64,000 bases of DNA from Phoronis australis (Eukaryota; Animalia; Phoronida). Location: contig NMRA01000211.1 in assembly GCA_002633005.1 (NCBI GenBank), positions 60,816-124,815 of the forward strand, in the 5' to 3' direction. The translations under genes were made by a program, and so were the position numbers. Positions 52,099-63,620 of this stretch are shown in pieces (positions within the stretch are counted from its first letter, which is position 1; each line of letters opens with the position of its first letter). The notes under the pieces were generated by a model. That model saw nothing but the letters and a program-made list of their open reading frames with translations, did not search any database and was not told the origin of the DNA.

Positions 52099-54202
52099 CT
52101 TGAATGCTCCAAAAACGCAAAATCCTTTCGTGAACGTTGGCACAGTTCATTCATGTTGTCCTCGATCAGCTGATTTCTGCTCTCAACCAAATTTAGTACA
52201 TTACGTGGGCGGTGCATCATAGGGGACTACGTGAGGGGGCTATAGTCGCCGTGCTCCCCCGTCGTCTATGGGCGGTGCACCACAGGTCAGCCGGGGGTCT
52301 TAATAGCCCTCCCTCACCTTTTTCAGTGTTGCGTCGCCCATGCAATATCGATGCTTTTTGTGTTTTAGAATTCATTACCTACCACAAAGACCGGAAAGGC
52401 TTCAGATGTGATCCGAACTTCCTAGCCAGCCCTGTACGCAGCATACCGCTTAGGCGACAGCGAAAAAGCGAGCGGTCCAGATCTGTTTCGAAAGTACACC
52501 AGCCAAACCTACAGGTGCCTGCAGATAGGAAACGGCGTCGGCTGCATTTTGTGGCTGTCGGATACATCCTGTCGAGATGGCGAGAAGACTCGATTGTCTG
52601 GCATGGTAGAAAGACCAACTGTTGCAGTACGCCAAATCGTTCGAGACTTGTCGTGCACCTTGGGAAACGACGACAGGTCCGGTTTGAAAATATGATCCTG
52701 TTGCATAGAGATTCGTAACCTATGAACATTGATTCTAAGATTCTCATTAGTTGCAGAACTGTTATGTTTCACTTAGTAACAGATACCTGATTCATACGCG
52801 TGTATTTACCCAATCTTATTTTTGCAGAAAGGCGTCGTGGAGGAAACTAAGACAACACCAGTTTCTGATTTCTCAACAGATGATCCTGGATATGTGGCGG
52901 ATGTTGAGTTGCTAGCTCATGCTGTTAAGCACAATAGGCACGTTGCACCGACTGACTTGAATGTTGTCAAAGATGCTGTATACTTATGTTTATATATGTT
53001 CTGACAACGTTGTCTTCTTTTTATCCGTAATTAATCCGATCCAACATACTGTTTAGCCGAAAACTGTCTCGAATGGCCAATAGTGCTGGCTGCGATTGAT
53101 AACTCGAAATGGATGCACTGACTTATTCAGATATTTATTTTTCAATTACAGAGGAGTCACTCGGAAAGTTGTGTGTACCCAGACGACATTGAAAGACATC
53201 CTTCCGTCCACGTCATCTTCGTCGCAACCTCTGACTTTATTACAGTACATGAACTGCCAACCGATGAATCGCTCGTTGTAGAAGGATGCCAGAAGTTGTG
53301 GGTAGTGTTGCCATGCATACAGCCCGAGGATACTCACGAACCTGGCCTCAGCTGTATGCAGTATGTTCCCAGCTATTCTTCGCGGCAAACGTGCCATCGA
53401 TAAGTACATTGTCCAATGCTGTGTCCATGACAAAGATACAGAGACTTCTACAGGGACATTAGGAGTGGTACACAGAACGCAGGGACCTGTACGAGACTCT
53501 CCTGTACCAAGTTAGCGTATATGACTCACTTGACTATAAGATAACATGTTTCCTCATGGTAATCTTTGAACTGCGGCATTGACAACTCGTTTTAGACTTC
53601 TTTTCACATAGTTTTCTTTGATGGGGAGTTCTTGGTATCATTCTTCGAATATTATTTTGTTGTTGACATTTCAGATTGTCAAGAAAATCTACGGCGATGA
53701 GCAGATGATGTCGTTCCTCAAGCCACATCATCTCAAGTCGTGTGTGCGTGCGGAGAATAACCTGTGGTGTTGAAGTAAGTTAGCTGCAGGGAAGTAGTGT
53801 TACCAATATGCTATCACACCAACTTACTAAGTAATTAATATATATCATGGATACATAACGCGTTTCATGACAGTTGTATCTATAAATGAACGCCGAGGTA
53901 ACACAGTCAGATTGAACTATTATGTTCACTTTTAAAAAAAGGCACAACGTGATGTTATGGATCGAATCCTGGTGACTGACCGTGCCTGTTATCTCGGTTT
54001 TAAGTTAGTTCACTAATTACACCACAGTCTTTTTAATAATTGCTTTTCCTCTTCAATTTTGAGAAAAAATATATCTCATACCTTGTTGATATTTATTTAT
54101 CTTAGATAAAGTCATGGAAAGGCTGTAAAATAATTTACTAATGACATTATAGTTGAGGAAAATTGGGGAAACTAGTATAACCACCCCCAGGGGTCGTTGC
54201 CC
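52099..54202 (+). mobile_element. Heavily deleted, chimeric Dada copy C
   Basis: Patchwork of segments homologous to 42060-45200, followed by the 3' motif (53892-53998), a family-2-like tract (54030-54130) and the family-1 right end GGGGAAACTAGTATAACCACCCCCAGGGGTCGTTGCCC. Confidence 0.8.
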
Positions 54203-54439
54203 AAAAAAATATTATACACTTAAGAAAAAACTACAAATGAATTTTCAGAAATTGTGAGGTAAGACCTCCCCAAGGTCAAATATAACACATTTTTCATCAG
54301 AAGTATGTTTTTTGGCTTCTTTTTGGCTTCTTTCTGCCTACTTTTCTCTTGCCTTGGGGCTGATCACCCTGATCACCATTTTGCGCCCTCTGTCGTGATC
54401 CCCGGGAGTTACTGTTTCTACTTAGGTGGGTCATGACCC
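54203..54439 (+). mobile_element. Right-end remnant of a third Dada-like family
   Basis: Ends TTTCTACTTAGGTGGGTCATGACCC immediately before ATTCCC of the 5S fragment, in the same register as the other right ends. Confidence 0.6.
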
Positions 54440-54512
54440 ATTCCCAGGCGGTCACCCATCCAAGTACTAACCGGGCCCGACGTTGCTTAACTTCGGTGAT
54501 CGGACGAGAACC
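54440..54512 (-). rRNA. 5S: 5S rRNA gene fragment (~nt 30-102), interrupted at GGGAAT
   Basis: Minus strand GGTTCTCGTCCGATCACCGAAGTTAAGCAACGTCGGGCCCGGTTAGTACTTGGATGGGTGACCGCCTGGGAAT is the canonical invertebrate 5S sequence; truncated, so non-functional. Confidence 0.95.
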
Positions 54513-55466
54513 AGTATTCCCAGGCGCTCACCCATCCAAGTACATAACCGGGCCCTGACCAGCCAATCGCTGAGCCCTGTTAAGCACGGCATTTCCTTAA
54601 CAGGCCAATCAAAATGCTCTGTTAAGCAAAGGCCTTGCTTAACAGCGCTTAACCATTGGCTCCTTCAGCTGACGTCAAAATCCAATATGTCTGCCTCTTT
54701 CGATCTAGTCTCCGCTTCGAATGTTTGCCGTCAAATTACATCTAAAATACGTCTTTTTCAACAGTAATACTTAGCCAAGATTGTCAGTACCACATGAAGA
54801 ACAGGTTGGTAATCTCTGATTTTATTCTTTTGTCGTAGATTTAGAATAATCTGTAAGAATGTGTTACTTCCGGTAATTCTTGGGCGTCGCCATGGATACC
54901 GCTGCTGACCGAATTGCCGGTTGAATAAAATTGCAAAATTCTCCAAAAATACGCCAAGATCGAATGTTTCACTTGAATCGAAATGACATGCGGACAGTTA
55001 GGAATGGTCTGTGATGTACGATTCGTCTTTATTTTCCCAACTTCATTTAAATTGAACCGTTTTTCTCTTCACTTCCGGTCGAAATGCCGGCTCTCGGAAA
55101 ATACCCAATTTACCCAATATTAAACGCTCCAGTTCTCGGCGAATTGGTTTCAAAAACATTGATTAGGGGCTTGAACCTATGCATTGGTGTGTCTGTGATC
55201 AGGAACACACCTCATCCGCATATTTATTACCCCAAATGACGCCAGTTTTTTTCGTAAACATTGTCACTGTTCACCTAGCTGTCGGCGATCAGCTGATTCC
55301 TGTTAGAGGTCAAACTCCAATGGTTTGAAGACGTTTCAGCTGTTTATCTACTCGTGCACCCAACCCATGCACATGCAACCCATGCGCTTAAGCACTGATT
55401 GTTTGCTCAGGCCCACATTAAGTGTACTTTTGCCTCTTCCTAAAATGGTGTCAATTTTTTTTAGTC

Positions 55467-58400
55467 ATGTACAAGTGCGCCACATGTGGGAAATCATTTT
55501 CCCAGAAAGGCCATCTTCGAGAGCATGAGAAAATTCATACTTATCCGAGACTGCAGTTGTACAAACCTGGAGTGGCTAAACTGCAGTGCACAGATGCCGC
55601 AAAAGCGATTAAAGCGAGGACGAGCGTAACGTCTGTCGATGTGAAGTGGTTAGAGGAGAGGTCTGCCATCGACGCCGCCAAGGCCATAGCTGGAGAGCAA
55701 TGGTTGTCTGCCGTCATCATGACCTTTGGACAGTATCGAGGTCAGTCGTTCCAGTGGTTACTAGAAAACGACGTTGGATATGTTGTTTTCATGCTGGGAG
55801 AGTACTTCCTGAAGGGGGACCGAAACGAGTGCACCAGGTGGGTCAAGGATCTCCTGAACCAGTACGCAAGCCAGTTTGCTTCAGTGGCATGTCATCTGGA
55901 AAAAAAGGTAAGTTTCTGTAATGTAGCTACAAATTAATCGCTGATGTTTTGCCAAATTGGATAGGAACAACAACGTTGTGAACGTCCGTATTTGAGTATG
56001 GTACTGAGTGATGAAGGAACGACTGTCGTGTCAAGTAATCTTAAAATCGACACATACAACCATGAGTCTTAAGACTATTTACCATCGATTAATCAATTAC
56101 CAATACTTCTGTTTAGAAACAACTGAAGAAAGCGCCACCTACTTCGACGATCAGCAGGCCCCCTCCCGACGAGTTCTCAGAAGAGCACATCCAAGACAGT
56201 GAGCTCTTGTCACTGGCAGGTATGATGTAACCTATCGTCATCTTGGAAGCTAGTTGTCAACTTCGTTTTGAATGTGGGTTAATTAATTCCCTAATGTTCG
56301 TATTTGTAACATCGATATGGATATCATTAGCTTTTTACATTCACGTTAGCGATTACGGTAGGTTTGTATGAGTATGCTGCTGCACTTCCTTAACTGAGCA
56401 CGGGCTGTTTTGTGACCAAGATATGATAACCTCTTGTGATAAAAAACTAATACAACAAATCCTAATATTGCTCAATTCTTGAGTGTTAAACTCTGCATGT
56501 GATGCCGTTATTTTTTCTCCTTAGAAAACATACTGGAACAGTCAGAAGCACCTGTCGCTACATGTATTACCAGTGTGCCAGCTCCTGAAGACACAGACAA
56601 AGTGCCAACTACTCCCATCCCCGAAGTGACCAGCTCTGTTACATTGGAAGGTTGGCAGAAGCAGTGGGAGGATGCGGCTTCCCCAGCACGAAACAACGTC
56701 AGGTGGATGAAGGAGAGTGAAGAATACGGCTTGTTCGGTCCGCCTAAAGCATACAAAAACGCTAAAGGGGAAACATTGTTTCGCAGAACCTTCAAAGACA
56801 AGATGTGGTTTCACCCCCCTCCCATCCCGACATCCATCAAGTCGTCCATTCCTAACATGCTGGGCTTCTTCACGACACCAGTCTTCCTGTGGAGACCTGT
56901 AGGACTATTGGAAGCCAGGGTGAAATGTCCCAATCGTACCTGTCCTGCGCCTCCAGACACTTATCTTGTAAAGCGGGGATACGGATCATTTCCGAGGCTA
57001 GTTTGCGGGACACACTCCAACTACATCTTGTTGTCAGAGCGACTGTTCTGCAGCTTTTGCTATGACCTTCGTGGCCAGCATGAGGAGTCAAGTGATGAGG
57101 AGGGAGAAGCCTCGTCAGGTACAAAGCAGCAGCAGTACAGCTGGCACTCGCACAGTTCTGCAATCCTGATGACCCTCGCCCCTGCCATTCGGAACCTCTT
57201 ACCAGCCATTGTATGCAGCAAGAGAGCTGTTGACAAGGATGTCGTGACCATGCTGAGTGACAGGATCAATGCAGTTTCAATGACGAAAGTACAAAGGTAC
57301 AGTGTGACGAGTAATGATAACATAGACACCCGTGATAGAAATGACAGTATTTAAAGAATGTTGTAATTATTCTACACACACTTAACTTGTTCAGTAATTA
57401 ATGTGCTAATTAATGTTTTACATGTTTCCATTTCGAACGGAAAAGCTTTAACCTTTGATAGCGTGATAGAATTGTTTGTTCCCTTGTACTCAGAACTATG
57501 AACATGTGTGGTATAACTTTGTCTCTAACTTACGAGCGAATCATATGTTCGTCCAGGTTGCTGAAGCGAGGCCACGACGAGTGGTACATTCAAAGAAGAG
57601 ACCTCTACCAGACGCTTCTTTATACCGCACACAGGTCGAAAGAGGGGATCTTGCAATACATCAGGCCAGCAGGATTTTATACGCCTCCTCTGCCACAAGC
57701 TCCTCTGCCGGGTCCACGCTTCCTACGACGGGCTCACCTGTTGATGGAAATGGAGTTAATACCCGCCTACAGAGCATCTATCACCAGCGTCACTGGCGAA
57801 ATTCTCTGCATTGACGGGACTAAGCGAGTACGTTTCTTTTCAGCAAAATGGATCACCACTTGTGGCACTTTTAGTAATTACTGATGCTGTTATCAGTTTT
57901 TTGTTCGTACACACCTTTTACTCAATTATATGACCACTTCATGTTAATTGCAGGTGCTCAAGAAAATTCGTGGTGACGGGCAAGGTACGATGCAGTACGT
58001 AACGACCGTGCTGAACGAGCTGGGCCAAATTTTGACGACCGTGGTAGTGGCCTCAGAGTCGGAAGACTGCTATGCCAGGATGGCCAAGGGTCTAGTTGCA
58101 CGTTACAAGCGGGCCAATGCGACTAGTCCAAAAGTGCTCTACACTGACAACAACTGCTGCAGGTGGCTTCTAGAATGCATTTTAATCTATAATCCTTGTT
58201 ATTTTTTAAGTTTACGTGGCATGTGCCTGATAATAAGCTGCATTTCTTAATTAATGTGAACTCGTACATTTACAGTGACAAAGGGTCTTCATTTCTGGCC
58301 AGACTGTTTTCGGAGTGGGTGGATGAAGGGATGGCTATTCGTCTTGACGTTAGGCACTGGCTTCACAGATGGGACGCTGTCATCATAAAACAAACTCATG

Positions 58401-61081
58401 CCAAGTACGGCTCATTTATGAGTGCTCTCGCTGGGGCTGTGCTCGCCTATAACAAAGACGACATGGTGGAGTTGATTAGGGCTGTTCGCAACGGCAACAA
58501 AGACCTCTCAGAACTCAGCGACTCTGAAGTCATGAGCCATTTGAAACCCTATCAGCTGAAGTCTTACGTTCGTCGTATCACACGTGGTGTAGAGGTTAGT
58601 GCTTAAGAATATGAAATCGAGTCAAGTAATTTATAATTTTAATGTCTTTTGCGAAACATGACCATTGAAGACCAGTTTTAACAATGCTAGAAATTGTTAT
58701 AGGAAACGGCAGGGGAAATCGAGGCGATTCTGGAGGAGTTTAAGGGTCCTGCTGGGCTTGACATCGACGGCATCCATCTGTTTAAGTCGAGCGAGGCAGT
58801 GGATTACCACTGGATGACTGCTTCCAAACATCTTGGATGCATGCAGGTAACATTTTGCGCAAATGTTTCATGTGGAACTGCTCTTTCAAAGAATGATCTA
58901 TGCACGTGTGGGCTATGTCTGCATTTACACACTTTAGCTCCATCCGCTTAATTGAATGAATTTGTTTTCTCTCGCTTCAGGATCCACATGGCATTCATCT
59001 GTACGTGACGACCAAAGTAGTCTCCGTCAATGGTACTCGGCTCAACAAGTACAGATGTCGCCGTGGCAGTAATTCCCTGGAGGGATTACACGCCCACCTC
59101 TACAATGCCATCCCCTCTAAGCTGTGTGGTGTTCAGCCGTTCCAGGTTAATGCGTCATTGGTTTTGCTATTACAATATAATTGTCAGTATGATTCAAACC
59201 TAAATGCGCAAGGTATCTTTGCATACAGTATCTACTGGTTTTTTATATAATAGGTCCACTGATGTACCTCTCCTACATTTCAGGTTTATCTCTTGTCTTT
59301 CGCCGTTCAGTGGAACAGCAGGATGGCAGAGCAGGCTGTAGCTGGAGGTCGGGGCAGTGGTACGTCGTGCGTAGATCCACGTCAGGTTCAGCGGGTAAAC
59401 CAGCAGGCTGAGGTTCTTTTTGGGAGGGAGCATGTCCTCGAGCCCAACTTCTACGCACCCATGCCCATTCCGCAGAAGTACGATGATCCGTCAGAGGAGG
59501 AGCTGCTCGGCATCGAGTATGCGTACTGTCAAGCCAGTGACTTCAGTGCCACTCACTTCTACATAGAAAAGGGTTAGTCGTGTTGCATCATTCCTTGACT
59601 GTGCAACATTCGTCAATTTTAACTGCTTGAGTACGTTGTGTTTATTTATTGGCTACTGAATTGGAAATAACATTAAGTTGATACAGTGGTAGTCGACTGC
59701 ATTGTTAAAGACAGAACTTGTAGCAATACTCAGTCGTATATACAAAATACTTTCATAATATTACGAGCAATATTTTACAGCCGAAGAAGAGCAGTCGCGT
59801 GAGGAAGAGGAGGACGAGGAGGGTGACGAAGCGGACAGCTCAGAAGATGAGGGCATCGAGACTGAGGACGGCGATGAAAAAGACCCAATCGATGCCATGA
59901 ACCAGTCGCACGCTTCACTTTCCTCTGCCGAAATGGTGACTGAGGTGTCGAGCCCGGCACTTGAGGATGTCATGATGACGCATCGCCACTTGCATCTGCC
60001 CGGCCTTGAGGAAGTCGAGTCTTTGGCCACGCTCCTGGTGTCCTTAGCGTCTGATGACGGCAAGCTGTTAGTACCCGCGGATGTGAGGTCGAAGATCTGT
60101 GACGCAGCTAGTCACTTACATGATCATGACCGGTCAGGCAGGAACTTCGTAAAAAGATACGAGTCCAAGTGGGGATACACACTGTTCGGACGGTGTCATG
60201 GTCCAGAGTCTGCAGAGACCAGTGCGGCACAAAAAACGAAGTTTGGGTGGATGCGGTACGCTCAGGCCGCCACAATAACCGAAGAGTCACGACTGCTGTT
60301 TGTGGTGATCAAGCTACTGAAACACAGTCCTGCGTGCCAGATGTCGTCCCCAAGGAAAGTGGCCAATGTGATTGTACACAAGTACGGCAGAATATGCGAT
60401 CGCATCCGTGACGATCCAGCGATCAGTCGTCTCAGACTTCCGCTGCCGAAAATAAACGCCAAGTGCGTCACTACATTTATATGTAAGGAAGAGAAGCGGG
60501 CAAACTTCGAGGCTACAGTCCGCCCAAAGGTTACTCCTCACACCAGAGTTGTGTCCGATCAGGTGATGCCTCCAGCACCTAGTCTGCCGGATTCAATGCC
60601 ACCACCGAATCGCCCTCAGATACAGTATCCAGTCCTGGAATACAAGACTGGCAAGCGACACTTGCAGAAGGACAGGCTGGAGTTGGACGAGCCAAAGGCC
60701 AAAGGCAAGGCTCCCGAACCCCAAATTCTTGTTGTAGTGCCGTCACAGCCGCAATCCTCCTCTGTTCGAGTTGTTCAAGGTCCAAGCGGCCCGTCGTTTG
60801 CCTTACTGCCACCTCCCCCAACTATTATGTCACGGCCGGTACTACCAAATAAGTCAAACAAGCCATGTGCAGCTTGCAATTTGCCCAGATGTGGTGGTAA
60901 GAGGAAACGCTACACTCCGTCGAAAGACAAGGTTGCAGGAAGCCAACAGAAGATATTCACCTTTTGTCCCGTAACTGGTCGATCACTAACCTCAGGATTC
61001 CCTGGAGTTTTCGAGTCATATGAAGAATTCAAGGCCCGGGTCGACGAGGAACTTAAGAAAAGGAGCGATTCCCTTTCGTGA
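55467..61081 (+). CDS. Dada-type DDE transposase with N-terminal C2H2 finger, 1337 aa, 10 coding exons
   Basis: Exons 55467-55907, 56117-56219, 56525-57296, 57557-57827, 57954-58162, 58276-58594, 58703-58846, 58981-59145, 59284-59572, 59781-61081. All GT-AG, 4014 nt, no stop or frameshift found by hand. Motifs CATC..H..IH, TFGQYRGQSFQWLLENDVGY, LCIDGTK, LYTDNNCC, RLDVRHW (DxxH), RCRRGSNSLEGLH, C-terminal CAAC-x4-C..FCP. Confidence 0.9.
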
Positions 61082-61647
61082 TCTTAGAGTAGTCTACTGT
61101 ATATTGTATTGTGGAAAGATGTCATACTCGTAGTTGTTTTTTATAACATATGCATGTTTGTTTTTTAGATTGATTGGCTGCTAAAGGAAATTTTCTGTGG
61201 TAAGTTCAGGTGTTGTGTGAATCTCTCCCTGTTTGCTCCATGTCAAACTTCTAGGCACTATGCTTAAAACTCCTAACTGCCACGGGCTTTTCACACTCTG
61301 CTGAATAACCAAGTAACCTTTGTTAATACTTGTGTGGTTGATCAAGCTATTGCTTTGAGATAACATCTTGTTAAACTTTCGTGTGCACTGATTCTTTTGG
61401 TGGTGGATTTTCTGCTCTGCTAATTTGTGTCTGTGTTGTAACCGTGTTGAATCTGTTGTGACAGTGTATATTTGTTTCGTCACATTTCTTATAACCAATA
61501 AGTCTCGCTAAAAACTGCTACATTTCACTGAATGTTTGTATTTCTAACGCTTATTTGTAACGTTGCTTTATCCCTTATAAGTTTGCTACTGCTTTTTCTG
61601 TTTGTAATGTACATAATGTCTGCCTGCACTGTGTTGTTTGTAAATAA

Positions 61648-61757
61648 AAGCTGAGGTAACACAGCTATATTGAACGATTATGTTCACTCTTTAGAAAGGC
61701 ACAACGTGATGTTATGGATCGAATCCTGGCGGCTGGCCGTGCCTGTTACTTCAGCTT
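61648..61757 (+). ncRNA. Structured 3' motif, family 2 version
   Basis: Same helices as 48867-48979 with compensatory changes; AATAAA at 61643-61648. Confidence 0.7.
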
Positions 61758-62044
61758 GAATTCTTTTTTAAATAATTGCTTTTCCTCTTCAATCATGAGA
61801 AACAAATATATCTCATACCTTGTTCATGTGTATTTATCTTAAATAAATTAATGGAAAGGCTGTAAAAATCAACCAACTTTAATAATTTAGTGCATTACAC
61901 AATATATTTGTAATAATATGGTAAAGAAAGATTGTCAACATCAAGCACCTTGGCTTGGGCCTGCTTTGGTCATCTAGAAGCAGCGCCATCTTCTGGCGCG
62001 TGCTTTCAAGCATGACCCATATGTACTTCCAGGGGCACCTGCCC

Positions 62045-62118
62045 GTTCCCAGGCGGTCACCCATCCAAGTACTAACCGGGCCCGACGTTGCTTAACTTCG
62101 GTGATCGGACGAGAACCG
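62045..62118 (-). rRNA. 5S: 5S rRNA gene fragment (~nt 29-102) forming the right flank of the intact Dada
   Basis: Identical to 54441-54512 over the shared length. Confidence 0.95.
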
Positions 62119-62609
62119 AAACTTGGCTCATAAGTTTCGTGAAACCATATTTGTGCACATCTGGGTATGAGTCACACCACCAGCAAAAATTTTTGGTGGA
62201 CCATCTGATTACACACACCTTTTTGCGGCATACGAAACAGTGTGGTGTGTATACAGGGGTTTAGACAACTACCAAACATTGAAGACTATAAGGAGCACCC
62301 ACGGGGCGTAAAAAATTGAATATCAGATTATCGCAACAGCCTCAAGCTGTTTAAGAATGAAGACCTGTACTGTTACTCCGGAAATAAACATGTTCTGTCT
62401 CGTTACGAGAAAAACTGGCGAACGACGGTGCTCTCAGCTCCTAGTCTATTACTAAAAGCAACAACAAACAATTAAGTATCACTTTATTAAGGTGAATCAC
62501 GTTGACAACAATTGAAAAACGTCAAATGTATCAGGAAACAAATCATCTGAAAACAGTTTCACGAAACTAAAACACTCTGTAGGCCTACACCGTGGTGAAA
62601 AGATACACA

Positions 62610-62880
62610 GGAGTAGTTCGTAGAGGGACCAGATGTACACTGAGAGTACTCAAAAACTCTGGCCTGGTCCGTCACGAGACCAAAAGTACACCTGTGCTTA
62701 TTATCCCTATAAAAATAGCCGATCTGTCGCGGGACCAAACAGTACTGGCTGAGATAAATAGTTTTACAAAGCACACTTTGGTAAAAAACATCACAAGACT
62801 AGTTCGCCGAGGGACCAGAAGTACACTGAAACTCGATATCTACACAAATCAAGCTGGCCTGGTCCGTCGTGAGACCTAAA
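62610..62880. repeat. Imperfect ~190-bp-spaced direct repeat
   Basis: tagttcg..gagggaccaga.gtacactga...ctggcctggtccgtc..gagacc at ~62614-62680 and ~62800-62876. Confidence 0.6.
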
Positions 62881-63269
62881 GCGTACTTAGCGAAAAAATT
62901 TGAATTGAAACTTCTCTCTAGACACATTTTAATCCCCAGTGGTTGCTCATACGTGTAGTTTACACATCTGTTGGTCAACTGCTGCGAGAGGTTGTCAAGG
63001 AAGGGTTTTCGCACCGTTCTGTAGTACTCACTGGAAGAAACAAGTATTGGGTACAGATTTAACTACGCACCACGTGAAATAAGATTTTGCATATGAAGCA
63101 GATAGACTCAAGTGGAAATACAAAGCAGAATCAGTTTCTGTGCTCTCGTAGACCCTCTGCTGTACTGGGTAAATTTGGCATGTCTAAAAATAATTTCTAT
63201 TTCGTTTTCATTGTACACAAGCATAAAAAACCGACATTATTACAAACTGTGAATAATTTTAACTTATTA

Positions 63270-63620
63270 CCTGGTGTTTCTCCAGCAACGTTGGTCCTAT
63301 CTTCCTGCTGTCTAGACCGCCGAGGAATCTGTATATCGGATCCAATGGTTTGCTTGTCTTAGAACCATTCTAACCAGACATCTTCGACGTTTGTTCCCAA
63401 GGCTTGCACTTCGTCAACTGTTGTGTCAATGAGCTTGTCCACCTCTACAATGCAGCATCTCGTTTCGCAGCTCAGTTGGCACTAAGCCCCCTGAGGTTAC
63501 CAAGTCCATTCAAAAGACTTACATGCGCAACTAAATTTGTTCCGTTCATCATGGACTACTTCAAACCTTGACGATGTATCACAGGACCCATTTGCATCTC
63601 TTGCAATTTTCGAAATAAAC
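63270..63620 (-). pseudogene. Degenerate hAT transposase fragment
   Basis: Frame-broken peptides NLVAHVSLLNGLGNLRGLSAN and IVEVDKLIDTTVDEVQAL..WLEWF*..IQIPRRSRQQEDRTNVAGETP resemble the hAT LS..LQ / PR...Q..R.N region. Confidence 0.5.

Larger units (their letters stand above)
54522..62044 (+). mobile_element. Apparently intact 5S-targeting Dada DNA transposon (family 2), 7523 bp
   Basis: Flanked by ATTCCC (54516-54521) and GTTCCC (62045-62050) within 5S sequence. No long TIR; 9-bp sub-terminal IR AAGTACATA (54538-54546)/TATGTACTT (62020-62028), each 16 nt from the duplication. Confidence 0.9.

Noticed and set aside
54440-54512. Functional 5S gene or 5S-derived SINE3
   Set aside because: Both 5S pieces lack the first ~28 nt and the 3' end/terminator, and no SINE body follows; they are broken targets.
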